Shown: positions 1-12,442 of the stretch, piece after piece
How the letters are laid out: each line of letters begins with the position of its first letter
How positions within the stretch are numbered: the stretch's first letter is position 1
Assembly: GCF_032444005.1 (NCBI RefSeq)
Contig: NC_091285.1
Span: 471,572,001-471,636,000, forward strand
Length of the DNA: 64,000 nucleotides
From: Ranitomeya imitator
Lineage: Eukaryota
Direction: 5' to 3'
Program-made: the position numbers and the translations under genes
The notes under the pieces: model-generated
The model's input: only the letters and a program-made list of their open reading frames with translations
The model's database searches: none
What the model was told of the DNA's origin: nothing

Positions 1-3000
1 TGTGTGGAAGATAATTTTAAAAAATCTGTATTTTCCGTAATGCTTTTATTTTAAAGTAACATTCAAGTAGAATTTATTTTCACTGCCCCCCCCCCCCCCC
101 AAAAAAAAAATGCTCAACTCTAATGAAAATGATGTCTTAGCCCTGAAATAACACTGAACTGAAGTACTGGCCACTAGTTATATCCCTTCAGTCTAATTTG
201 CTGTCTAATGCTTCTTGTGAAGTATACAAATGCTAATAGAACTCACCAACTCCCACTCAAACAGAATTGATGCATGAGAATCAAAACCATTCATTAACAT
301 ATTACAAAGTACATTGGTACGTACACCAAAAACAGTCTTAACTTGTGGTTGATGATGGCATTGAGACCTTGCTTTTTTATATTTTTTCTATTAAAAGGAC
401 AGGTGATTGGAGCTTTGTCCACTGCCTTTGAAGTGCTTAGCTTATGCAGCCTTGATATGCAAAGGAGTGCCAGTGTGTATTGTTCTTTACTTATATTAGG
501 CAGAACTCTTACTTTCATTTCTTTTTATAACAAGATTGTGCAACAGATGGGTACATTCACATATAATTTGGAGCTATTTGGCCTGTTGCATAGATGGTTA
601 ATGATGGCACCATTAATTGCATTTTCTGGATAACTATAGTTTGTGCAGCTCTATCTACTTGCTTATAACTTTGAGCTGGGTAGTGCAGTATAATATTATG
701 GAGATAGATTTTATGTCTTAATGTGCATAACAGCCATTTTTATGTAGCATTCTATCTTTAATTTATAAAATAAAATGTGGCTGGAATATGTCGCCAAAAT
801 CTATGCCTATTAGATTTACGTTAAAAGGAATGGATCTCCTATGCTATTTTTGTAGTAAGTAAACCTTATTCTTGTTTTCAAATCTGTTTGTTTTCAGATC
901 GTAAATATTTTATTCTATTTTCTACACATAATTAAGGAGAAAGCCTTATTAACTGAGCTATTGTTGTCATGGACTTTTTTTTTTTTTTTTACATTTTTTC
1001 TATGGTTCTGATTGGCGGGAAGATGTTGACTATCGCCGATCACTCCCAGCTCAGAGTGGCCACGAACCTCTCCTGCCAGTGATTTTCCTGCTTTCTGACA
1101 TGTTGGCAGTAACGTCCCATTGACAGAACAAAGTGAAAGAAAATAAGTTGCTCTTTCGATTTGGCGACACTGCCGACATCATGTTAACAGCCGGCGCCTC
1201 GCTGCGTTAGTTTGAGCCAGTTGTCAATCCACCTCCAGGAGAGTCATCAGTCCATATCTACCATGAGCTAGGAGAGATCATGGCAGGGCAGTATCGGGAG
1301 GTATTTGGAAACTGCCTGATGATAATTACTGAAATCCAAAAATAAATGAAACATGGGAAGCCCCCTTAACAGTTTTCAAAGATATGTATTATACTAGGTG
1401 AATCAATCATAGATAGCAATACACAATCTTTGAATCATTGACTTTATAGGAGAGTTTTGTAGGCATGCTCTGTGGATAGTCATTGTGCAGGGAAGCAGTG
1501 GAGGTGAGCTGTGACATCAATTATTGTAAATTGTGTGATCCTATATTATAAGAGAAGTGATGTATGCAGGAAAATAGTCTAATCTAAAAGGGATTGTCCA
1601 CGTTCACGATCTCAGCAACGTATCTCTAGTATAGATCACCAATATCAAATCGGTGGGGTCAGACTCTCGGGAGGTGTTTTGAGCTCCGTTTGGATGTAAA
1701 CAGTGAACGAAGCTGAAATGTCACATTACCTTTTATTGTAGTGGCCGTTGCTGAGAACTGCAAGTCAGTTTCTACTCCTTACTAGAGTTGAGCGACCTTT
1801 TCCTTTTTAGAGTCGAGCCGGGTTTCGCGAAATCCGACTATCTCAAAAGTCGAGTCGAGTGGAATCGGCCGATTATCGCGAAAAGTCGGGGATCGACCGA
1901 AACACCAAACCCAATGCAAGTCAATGGGGGAGCATAGTCGGCAGTGAGTAGAGGCCAGGAAAACATGTACAGAGCCCATTGTATTGGCAAAAACATCCAT
2001 TCTTGCTACTGAAGCTTGTCAATCGTAATTTAGCTTATAATAATTGTAAGGCATTTGAAATTGGGGGTCATTTGGCTAAAGTTGTGGGGGGTAGGGCTGG
2101 TTCAAGCAATTAGTGGGCCCAGGACATCTGGACCACGTCACGGCAGTGGAGCAGGGAGAGGTAAGTATTTCAACTTTGCAAGTGCTGTGATCCTGAGCAA
2201 GCAGGGGGGCCCCCTCGTTGGCATTGGCACTGGCACAGGGCCCCTCAAAGTACAGCGGTGTGTTTGCACGGCGGGGGCGCCTCCCACCGGCAGCAACACT
2301 TTTGCGTACTATGAGGGGCCCTGTGCCAGTGACGTCGCCAACGAGTATTCCTCCCCCCACCTGATGAAGGAACCTGCACCTTCATCTGCACCTTCCTCTT
2401 TGTCCCCGCGTAAGGTGGTATGGTATGCGGGAAGGGGGACCTGACTTTCAGCAGGGTCACAATCTTGCAGTGTAGCGTGCACGGGGAATGTTGCGTTATG
2501 GGTCAATGTACCAGCAGACTCATCAATCACTGGCTGGGCAATGGGCAGGATGAGGAGGAAACACAGATATAGGCCCAAAGACTAAAGTGGGCTAAATGCA
2601 GTTCAAAATTGGTAACCGGACTAACCAGGGGGCATTGATTTGTTCAGTGGAGGACAACTGGAATGAGAGGCTGACACAGAGAGTAGGCCCAAATCTGTAA
2701 GTAGTCTAAATGCAGTTCAAAATTGGCAAGAGTAGTAAACAGGCGGCACAGCTTTGTTCACTGTAGGAGAACAGCAAGGAGCGGCAGACACAGATAGAAG
2801 GCCCCAACCCAACTAGTAGGCCCACTGCAGTTTTAAAATCCCGATAGGCTGAAAGCCAGATAATTGTAGGTGATTTTCTGTAAAGAGGACAGCTGTATTG
2901 AGTGGCGCAGCCAGACACTACAAATAGGCCTTAAACCACAAAGTTGGCTCGACGCTGGTTTAAAAAAGGTTACATGGGTATACGTTCTGCATTGTTGTGC

Positions 3001-3086
3001 TCAGTGGAGGACAATTGGAAGGAGGGACCGCAGAAAGACTTTGTAGGCGTAAAATTACAAAATAGGCTCTATGCAGCTTCGATTAA

Positions 3087-4510
3087 GTGGCAACCTGGAG
3101 AACACCTTGGAGCGGCAGACAACGTCTCTACGACCCAGACCCAACTTGTAGGCCTAATGTAGTGTTGTTTCAACAACTACTTAAGACGAGCATGAAGATT
3201 GAAGCTATGGAGAGGAAACCTGGAGAACACCTTGGAGCGGAAGACACCGTCTCTACAACCCAGACCCAACTTGTAGGCCAAATGCAGTGTTGTTTTCAAC
3301 AACTACTAAACAAGAGCTTTAAGATTGAAGCAATGGAGAGGCAACCTGGGGAACACCTTGGAGTGGAACACACTGTCTCTACACCCCTGACCCAACTTGT
3401 AGGTCGAATGCAGTGTTGTTTTCAACAACTACTAAACAAGAGCTTTAAGATTGAAGCAATGGAGAGGCAACCTGGGGAACACCTTGGAGTGGAACACACT
3501 GTCTCTACACCCCTGACCCAACTTGTAGGCCGAATGCAGTGTTGTTTTCAACAACTACTAAACAAGAGCTTTAAGATTGAAGCAATGGAGAGGCAACCTG
3601 GGGAACACCTTGGAGCGGAACACACCGTCTCTACACCCCTGACCCAACTTGTAGGCCGAATGCAGTGTTGTTTTCAACAACTACTAAACGAGAGCCAGAA
3701 GATTGGAGCAATGGAGAGGAAACCTGGGGAACACCTTGGAGTGGAACACACCGTCTCTACACCCCTGACCCAACTTTAGGCCGAATGCAGTGTTGTTTTC
3801 AACAACTACCAAACAAGAGCTTTAAGATTGAAGCAATGGAGAGGCAACCTGGGGAACACCTTGGAGTGGAACACACCGTCTCTACACCCCTGACCCAACT
3901 TTAGGCCGAATGCAGTGTTGTTTTCAACAACTACCAAACAAGAGCTTTAAGATTGAAGCAATGGAGAGGCAACCTGGGGAACACCTTGGAGCGGAACACA
4001 CCGTCTCTACACCCCTGACCCAACTTGTAGGCCGAATGCAGTGTTGTTTTCAACAACTACTAAAAGAGAGCCAGAAGATTGAAGCAATGGAGAGGCAACC
4101 TGGGGAACACCTTGGAGTGGAACACACCATCTCTACACCCCTGACCCAACTTGTAGGCCGAATGCAGTGTTGTTTTCAACAACTACTAAACAAGAGCTTT
4201 AAGATTGAAGCAATGGAGAGGCAACCTGGGGAACACCTTGGAGTGGAACACAACGTCTCTACACCCCTGACCCAACTTGTAGGCCGAATGCAGTATTGTT
4301 TTCAAGAATTACTAAACAAGAGCTTTAAGATTGAAGCAATGGAGAGGCAACCTGGGGAACACCTTGGAGTGGAACACACCGTCTCTACACCCCATACCCA
4401 ATTTGTAGGCCTAATGCAGTGTAGTTTTCAACAACTACTAAACGAGAGTCAGAAGATCGAAGCAATGGCGAGGAAACCTGGGGAACACCTTGGAGCGGCA
4501 GACACCGTTA
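3087..4510. repeat. Tandem array, 126-bp unit, about 11 copies
   Basis: Motif AATGCAGTG (variants AATGTAGTG, AATGCAGTA) recurs at 3156, 3281, 3407, 3533, 3659, 3784, 3909, 4035, 4161, 4287, 4413 (period 126; some 125). Confidence 0.95.
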
Positions 4511-4779
4511 GTAGGCCCTACCGAAGTAGTAGCCCCAATGCAGTTTTCAAATTCCTAGAGGCTGAAAACAAGACTATTGACGCTCAGCTTCTTTCAAAGG
4601 AGGACAGCTGTATTGAGTGGCATAGACAGACACAGGTAGTAGGCCTTAAAACAAAAATGTGGCTCAATGCAGTCTAAAAAAGGTTACAGGGGAACACAGA
4701 CAGCATTGGTCTGGTCAGTGGAGGACAATTTCAATTATGGACCGCAGACAGACTTTGTACGCCTACTATTAAAAAAAGG

Positions 4780-6850
4780 ATGCTCTATGCAATTAAAAAT
4801 AGGTTCCAGGGGTCCACGGGCACCAGTGGTGTGGTCAGTGGAGGAGTATTGGAAGGAGGGACCGCAGACAGGCATAGTAGGCCTAACATAACAAAATATG
4901 GCTGTAGGCACTTTAAAATTGGTTCCCGGGGTACACGGGCAGCAATGGTCTGGTCAGTGGAGGACAAGTGTAAGGCGGGACCGCAGACAGGCGTAGTAGG
5001 CCTAACATAATAAAATATGGCTGTAGGCACTTTAAAATTGGTTCCAGGGGCACACGGGCAGCAGTAGACAGGTCAGTGGACGCCTAGTGGAAGGAGGGAC
5101 CGCAGACAGGCTTCGAAGGCCTAACATAATAAAATATCGCTGTAGGCACTTTAAAATTGGTTCCAGGGGCACACGGGCAGCAGTAGACAGGTCAGTGGAC
5201 GCCTAGTGGAAGGAGGGACCGCAGACAGGCTTCGAAGGCCTAACATAATAAAATATGGCTGTAGGCACTTTAAAATTGGTTCCAGGGGCACACGGGCAGC
5301 AGTAGACAGGTCAGTGGACGCCTAGTGGAAGGAGGGACCGCAGACAGGCTTCAAAGGCCTAACATAATAAAATATGGCTGTAGGCACTTTAAAATTGGTT
5401 CCAGGGGCACACGGGCAGCAGTAGACAGGTCAGTGGATGCCTAGTGGAGGGAGGGACCGCAGACAGGCTTCAAAGGCCTAACATAATAAAATATGGCTGT
5501 AGGCACTTTAAAATTGGTTCCAGGGGTACACGGGCAGCAGTAGACAGGTCAGTGGAGGCCTAGTGGAAGGAGGGACCGCAGACAGGCTTCAAAGGCCTAA
5601 CATAATAAAATTGGGCTCTAGGCACTTTATAATTGGTTCCAGGGGTACACGGGCAGCAGTAGACAGGTCAGTGGAGGCCTAGTGGAAGGAGGGACCGCAG
5701 ACAGGCTTCGAAGGCCTAACATAATAAAATTGGGCTGTAGGTACTTTATAATTGGTTCCAGGGGTACACGGGCAGCAGTGGTGTGGTCAGCGGAGGACAA
5801 TTTGAATTAGGGACTGCAGACAGACTTTGTAGGCTGTCCCCTGTGGACCATGCATCCAACACATTAACCCAGTGCGCCGTAATGGACACGTAACTTTTTG
5901 TGGACATGCCTACTGGTCCTTGCGTCTCTTGTCAGGTGCACCTTTCTACTGTTTGATTGCCTGAGTGCTATGACAATGCAGACTTTTTCATGCCGGTGGA
6001 GGGCTGGGATGGCTTTTCTCGCAAAAGAAGTGTCGACTGGGTAGCTTGAACCGTGGTACAGCGTAGTTAATCTGGGCTTTATAAATATAAAACAAAGAAA
6101 AAAAGTAGGCTCCATGCACTTTCAGCTGGGTTCCAGGAGTACACGGCCAGCATTGGTCTGGTCAGTAGAGAACTATTGGAAGGAGGGACCGCAGACAGGC
6201 TTACAAGGCCTAACATAATAAAATTGGGCTGTAGGCACTTTATAATTGGTTCGAGGGGTACACTGGCAGCAGTGGTCTGGTCAGTGGAAGTCTAGTGGAA
6301 GGAGGGACCGCAGACAGGCTTCGAAGGCCTAACATAATAAAATTGGGCTGTAGGCACTTTATAATTGGTTCCAGGGGTACACGGGCAGCAGTAGACAGGT
6401 CAGTGGAGGCCTAGTGGAAGGAAGGACCGCAGACAGGCTTCGAAGGCCTAACATAATAAAATGTGGCTGTAGGCACTTTAAAATTGGTTCCAGGGGCACA
6501 CGGGCAGCAGTAGACAGGTCAGTGGAGGCCTAGTGGAAGGAGGGACCGCAGACAGGCTTCGAAGGCCTAACATAATAAAATTGGGCTGTAGGCACTTTAA
6601 AATTGGTTCCAGGGGCACACGGGCAGCAGTAGACAGGTCAGTGGAGGCCTAGTGGAAGGAGGGACCGCAGACAGGCTTTGAAGGCCTAACATAATAAAAT
6701 TGGGCTGTAGGCACTTTATAATTGGTTCCAGGGGTACACAGGCAGCAGTAGACAGGTCAGTGGAGGCCTAGTGGAAGGAGGGACCGCAGACAGGCTTCAA
6801 AGGCCTAACATAATAAAATTTGGCTGTAGGCACTTTGAATTCTCTTGCAG
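4780..6850. repeat. Tandem array, about 119-bp unit, interrupted at about 5835-6115
   Basis: GGCACTTTAAAATTGGTTCCAGGGG...GGGACCGCAGACAGGC unit recurs at 5026, 5145, 5264 and onward (period 119), and resumes after 6117. Confidence 0.93.
5835..6080 (-). pseudogene. Diverged fragment of a hAT transposase embedded in the tandem array
   Basis: Colinear with 8226-8469, roughly 80% identical by eye. Translation FARKAIPALHRH...RKVHLTRDARTSRH matches FSRKAIPGLHQH...TKVHLTTDAWTSRH. Confidence 0.85.
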
Positions 6851-7159
6851 GGGTACACAGGCAGCATTGGTGTTGTCAGCGGAGGCCGATTGTAATGAGT
6901 GTCTGCCAGTTAGTAGTCCCAAACAATAAATACATGTTAATGTCTCGCATTACAACAAAACGAAAACACAAAAGGGTGCAATCATTAGGTACAGGGGTGG
7001 ATCCTCTGCGTAGTTTCAGACCTAGTAATTTGGCGCAAAGTATTTACTTGGGTTAAATATAGGACACGGCCCCTGACTATGTTAAGTACCATCATACATG
7101 TCAACACAATGGTATTGTCAGTGGCAGGAATTTAAGGATGTCAGCGCATAGACTAAACA

Positions 7160-9387
7160 TGGCAGCCATGAAATTCCTTCTGTTATCACTCACTACTAGT
7201 GTTGAGCGATGCCGTCCGATACTTGAAAGTATCGGTATCGGATAGTATCGGCCGATACCCGAAAAATATCGGATATCGCCGATACCGATATCCGATACCA
7301 ATACAAGTCAATGGGACATCAAGTATCGGAATGTATCCTGATAGTTCCCAGGGTCTGAAGGAGAGGAAACTCTCCTTCAGGCCCTGGGATCCATAGTGAG
7401 GTGTAAAATAAAGAATTAAAATAAAAAATATTGATATATTCACCTCTCCGGCGACCCCTGGACATCACGCTGGTAACCGGCCAGCTTCTTTGTTTAAAAT
7501 GAGCGCCACGCCGCGCCAGAAGCCGCGACGTCATTCGCAGGTCCTCAATTCCTAGAATTAGGAGTTTAGTGAATGAGAATGACGTCACAGCTTCTGATTG
7601 GTCGCGTGGCGGTCATGTGACCGCCACGCGACCAATCAGAAGCCGCGACGTCATTCTCAGGTCCTAAATGCGCTCATTTTAAACAAAGAAGCCGGCCGGT
7701 TACCAGAGTGATGTCCAGGGGCCGCCGGAGAGGTGAATATATCAATATTTTTTATTTTAATTCTTTATTTTACACATCCCTATGGATCCGATACCGATAC
7801 CGATACCCGATACCACAAAAGTATCGGATCTCGGTATCGGAATTCTGATACCGCAAGTATCGGCCGATACCCGATACTTGCGGTATCGGAATGCTCAACA
7901 CTACTCACTACCTTGCCTGCCTCAAGATCTACTGTGCCCAGCCACGACTGCGTTTCTCTCTGCAAGAACTCGGACAGAACTTCCGCGGTGTGTCTGTTGT
8001 CGCCCAAACACTTCATAGCCAATACAGCCTGCTGACGCTTGCCAGTAGCTGGCCCATAATGGGGCAACTGGTATGCAACAGTGGCAGCTGCGGATGGAGT
8101 GGTTGGGCGACTGCGGTCTGTGGACGAGCTCTCGCTTCTGCAGAAGGACGAGGAGGAGGGGGTGCGAACACCTACAGCCAACTGTTTCCTAGACCGTGGG
8201 CTAGGCAGAACTGTCCCGAAATTGATGTCCCCTGTGGACCCTGCATCCACCACATTCACCCAGTGTGCCGTGATGGACGCGTAACGTCCCTGGCCATGCC
8301 TACTGGTCCATGCATCTGTTGTCAGGTGCACCTTTGTACTCACAGATTGCCTGAGTGCATGGACGATGCGCTGTTTAACATGCTGGTGGAGACCTGGGAT
8401 GGCTTTTCTCGAAAAGAAGTGTCGACTGGGTAGCTCGTAGCGTGGTTCAAAGTAGTACATCAGGGCTTTGAAAGCTTTGCTTTCAACTAACCGGTAGGGC
8501 ATCATCTCTAACGAGATTAGTCTGGCTATGTGGGCGTTCAAACCCTGTGTACGCGGATGCGATGATAAGTACTTCCTTTTTCTAACCAGAGTCTCATGTA
8601 GGGTGAGCTGGACTGGAGAGCTGGAGATTGTGGAACTAGCGGGTGTGCCGGTGGACATGGCAGACTGAGAGACGGTTGGAGACGGTATTGTTTCCGCCGG
8701 TGCCCTAGATGCAGTGTTTCCTACTATGAAACTGGTGATTCCCTGACCCTGACTGCTTTGGCCTGGCAAAGAAACCTGCACAGATACTGCAGGTGGTGCG
8801 GAAAATGGTGGCCTTAGAGTGACGGCAGGGATGTAGCGTTGCTGACTAGCTTCATTGGCCGAGGGTGCTACAACCTTAAGGGACGTTTGGTAGTTAGTCC
8901 AGGCTTGCAAATGCATGGTGGTTAAATGTCTATGCATGCAACTTGTATTGAGACTTTTCAGATTCTGACCTCTGCTTAAGGTAGTTGAACATTTTTGACA
9001 GATGACTTTGTGCTGATCAATTGGATGTTGTTTAAAAAAATGCCAGACTGCACTCTTTCGAGCCTCGGATCCCTTTTCAGGCATTGCAGACTGAGCTTTA
9101 ACCGAATGGCCACGCTGTCCTCCAACAGGTTTTGGCTTTGCCACGCATTTTGTCCCATCTACGGGCCCGGCAGATGGAACCTGTTGCGATGTTGATGCCT
9201 GCTGCGGCCCCTCCTCCTCCGCTTCAGAACTACTGCCACCTGCACCCTGTTCCCCCAATGGCTGCCAATCGGGGTCAACAACTGGGTCATCTATAACCTC
9301 CTCTTCTAGCTCGTGTGCAACTTCGTCTGTGTCACCGTGTAAGTCGGTGGTATAGCGTTCGTGACGGGGCAACATAGTCTCATCAGG
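7160..9387 (-). pseudogene. hAT transposase, central part (BED zinc finger and first two catalytic Asp), split by a MITE, C-terminal half missing
   Basis: BED finger SAVWHFF...VICQKC...MHRHLTTMH and LTTDAWTS motif. Removing the MITE plus one TSD restores AGKVVSDNRRNFMAA, after which homology ends (no catalytic Glu or hATC domain seen). Confidence 0.9.
7197..7903. mobile_element. Non-autonomous hAT MITE (707 bp, fold-back) nested in the transposase gene
   Basis: TIRs TAGTGTTGAGC / GCTCAACACTA. 8-bp TSD CTCACTAC (7189-7196, 7904-7911). Internal inverted repeat about 7408-7506 vs 7670-7771. Confidence 0.95.
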
Positions 9388-9901
9388 TAACCAACTGAGG
9401 TAGTGAAGTAATAACACGATCAAAGTTTATAAAAATATAGAATTCTTTATTAATACATTTAGACAGAAGTATTTCAATACGTAGAAAATATAACTACGAA
9501 TAACCGTTATATACAATTTACAGCAATAGTGAACACACCATTGCGCATGGACTAGAATAAAATTAGCAACAGAGACAAAGTATAGAGAGTGTGACTGATC
9601 CTAAACCTGCCAATCTACATAATATGAAGACAATATCGTGACATAATAGTCCGTAAGTTTGCAGATTGATATAGCCCTAACTAGTATATCAGCTTAATGG
9701 AGCATGCTAATATAACACCTGAATGGATAATTAGCCCTTATAAATAAGGGGTGAACATTAACTAAATAAACATGGTAACAGAGGGTCACAAAATAGACCC
9801 AACCTATATGTATAGGATTAAACATCCACCAGGAGAATATAGCATAATAAAGTCAGTCCATTACCTGCGGCCATATCGGTACAGGATAGCAGTCACACGA
9901 A

Positions 9902-9947
9902 CACCTCGACGCGCGTTTCGCTGACCCCGCAGCTTCGTCAGGAGGTG
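9902..9947 (-). ncRNA. Minimal type I hammerhead ribozyme (left PLE arm)
   Basis: Reverse complement of 14536-14581. Confidence 0.85.
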
Positions 9948-10927
9948 ACCCATGATGTATATGGCGTCTATATATATCCTAACAGTAATTGTCTAGCTGT
10001 CTGCAGCTGTAGCGGCGCGTACCCGGCATGTTGTCGCTCCGTACTGAGCCCGGCGCTCAGGGATCACGTCTTCCGGCCACATGATCCGGTCACCTGACCG
10101 GACCCGTTGCCAAGACTACGCGATGCCGCTACTGAGCGCCGAAGCCCACACCGAACGACAGCGCATGCTCAGGACGCGCATCAGTCTGCATCTATTACAA
10201 GACTCTACTCCGGTAAGAAATCCCCACTATTGTCGGTACTATTGCCGTCACCGACCCCCAAATGGGGTAAATAGACTCAAGTACTGTACAGGTGAACTGT
10301 CAATACATATCACTAAGTGTCCTCATCCGTTATTGTGCAGATCCCAATATATATGAATAGTGCCTATATACTTATACAATAGTTGTATATGAATATGCAA
10401 TGTAACATCCAGAGTGTATAGATCAAAAAGCATTCTATTAACAATAAAAATAATAAAAATAAAAAGTACAAAAAAGAAAAAGAAAACCACAAATTATGAT
10501 ATGTGGAATATATAAATACATAAAGATCCACCGCTCTAAGCCATTCCCAGTGACCGCCTACCCGAGACTTATAAATTCTAAAGTGCCAGCGTGCATTTAT
10601 GTGATAAAAATTGTATATACCATAAAGAAAAGAGCACAATAATTTAGCCACCTATTAACAAATAACTTCGTTGACAGCAATGATACTCAATACATTTCAG
10701 ATGTTGTTATTCATCCAGGTAACCAGTACATCAGAGTCCATTATGTTCATCCCACATTGGGCAATCATCCATTCATTCTTTAATCCTGGGGAATCGTACC
10801 AGATAGCAGATACCTGTAGTGCTATATATACAGATAAGAGTAAATTACTAAACAGAAAATATTGTACAATAAGAATAAAAATAAAAAACAGACAGACACC
10901 ATATAAAATTAAAATTCGCGCCACAAA

Positions 10928-12442
10928 TTAAATAAAGGATTTGAAGCTTACCATTTCATTGAGACCATTGGGTATTAGGGTATTGAGGGTCACAATCCAT
11001 TTAGTTTCCCTTTTTAATAACTCTTTTTGATAGTTGCCCCCTCTGATACCAAGTTGAACTCTATCTATGCCTCTAACTTTGAATCCGCTGGGGTCACTGT
11101 TATGAAAGGCCTTAAAATGCCTAGGGACTGTTTTAAGCGTGGTTACATCTTGTACTAAAGTGGCCTTTTTGATGTCTCTCACATGTTCCAATATTCTGAC
11201 TCTCAGTTGACGTGTAGTCATGCCAATGTACACTAAGTTGCAAGGGCAAGATGCAAAGTAAATTACCATCTCTGTCTTACACGTAATATGATGAGTGATT
11301 GTATATGTGCGAGAGAAATCACTTTTGTGAAACGTACATGTTCGTTCCACAAACTTACAGGCCGAACAATCCCCACACTTAAAACAGCCCCATGGTGGAC
11401 CCTTTTTCTGCGAAAAAGGTGACTTATAGGGTGCCACATAGTGGCTTCGAGTTAGGATATCTTTAAGATTCTTTGACCGTCTCCATGTAATAGACGGATG
11501 TTCAGGGAGGTATTTGGCTAGATCTTTGTCTACCCTCAAGACCGACCAATGTTTTTTACAGATTTGTGAGATATCTGTCCATCTAGAATTAAAATCAGTT
11601 ATTAGTCTCACTTGTAATTCTGATCCTTGAGGGTCTTTTGTCTTTTTCATCAACAGTTTATTACGAGATGTAAATTTAGCACGTCTATAACCCTCACGGA
11701 TGTTTTTGTGATTATAACCCCGTTGTTTGAGATTTTGTCTCAAAATTTGTGCCTGATTTTCAAATTTCATATCATCAGAGCAGATTCGTTTCATCCGCAA
11801 AAATTTCCCCACCGGGACGGACCTAATAGTCTGTGGGTGATGTGATGATCCTGCATGAAGGAGTGCGTTCGTTGCCGTATCCTTACGAAACACGTCAGTC
11901 ATCAGAAATCCGTTGTCACCAACCTCAATTGAGACATCCAAGAACTCTACACATCGTTTACTATATTTCCATGTCAAATTGATGTTTAATGAATTGTTGT
12001 TTAGATTACTAAGGAATGTGATCAGCCGATCTTCAGTTCCTTGCCAGATGAACAAAATGTCATCTATATATCTAGACCATGAGACCACGGCAGCGAAGTC
12101 CTCCAAATTATAAACCACTTCTCTCTCCCACAGCCCCAGGAACAAATATGCATACGAGGGCGCACAAGTCGCCCCTATAGCTGTTCCTTGGAGCTGCAGG
12201 AAAAACCGGTCTTTAAAAGTAAAAAAATTATGCGTTAGTGAAAATTTTAAAAGATCAATAATAAAATTAATCAAATCTAAATCCAAATTAGTCATATTGA
12301 GGAAGGACTTCGATGCCGTGATCCCATGGTCATGGCGTATAGATGTGTAGAGCGATTCGACGTCGCAAATGACTAGGAACATATCTTGTTCTAATTGAAC
12401 ATCATTTAGTCTTCTATAGATGACATTTTGTTCATCTGGCAA
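10928..12442 (-). CDS. 5'-truncated PLE ORF: reverse transcriptase, Cys-rich linker, GIY-YIG endonuclease (504 aa)
   Basis: CDVESLYTSI, GTAIGATCAPSYA and RYIDD RT motifs; CFKCGDCSAC linker; VIYFASCPCNLVYIGMTTR...R..EH and GLNE endonuclease motifs. The first ~9 codons come from the opposite arm. Confidence 0.85.
   Translation of the reverse strand: MPDEQNVIYRRLNDVQLEQDMFLVICDVESLYTSIRHDHGITASKSFLNMTNLDLDLINFIIDLLKFSLTHNFFTFKDRFFLQLQGTAIGATCAPSYAYLFLGLWEREVVYNLEDFAAVVSWSRYIDDILFIWQGTEDRLITFLSNLNNNSLNINLTWKYSKRCVEFLDVSIEVGDNGFLMTDVFRKDTATNALLHAGSSHHPQTIRSVPVGKFLRMKRICSDDMKFENQAQILRQNLKQRGYNHKNIREGYRRAKFTSRNKLLMKKTKDPQGSELQVRLITDFNSRWTDISQICKKHWSVLRVDKDLAKYLPEHPSITWRRSKNLKDILTRSHYVAPYKSPFSQKKGPPWGCFKCGDCSACKFVERTCTFHKSDFSRTYTITHHITCKTEMVIYFASCPCNLVYIGMTTRQLRVRILEHVRDIKKATLVQDVTTLKTVPRHFKAFHNSDPSGFKVRGIDRVQLGIRGGNYQKELLKRETKWIVTLNTLIPNGLNEMVSFKSFI

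Noticed and set aside
343-633. Short ORFs on both strands near the window start as host exons
   Set aside because: They are AT-rich, show no recognisable homology, and the strand and splice borders are ambiguous.
3087-4677. ORFs made of a 42-aa repeat (MQCCFQQLLNK...) as a novel repeat protein
   Set aside because: They are a by-product of a 126-bp unit. 125-bp units break the frame, there is no non-repeat domain, and they lie antisense inside a transposon.
3087-6850. CRISPR-like array
   Set aside because: The units are contiguous head-to-tail repeats with no unique spacers, there are no cas genes, and the context is eukaryotic.
7780-9423. Domesticated ZBED-type host gene
   Set aside because: It lies within TIRs and a TSD, is split by two insertions and lacks the C-terminal half.
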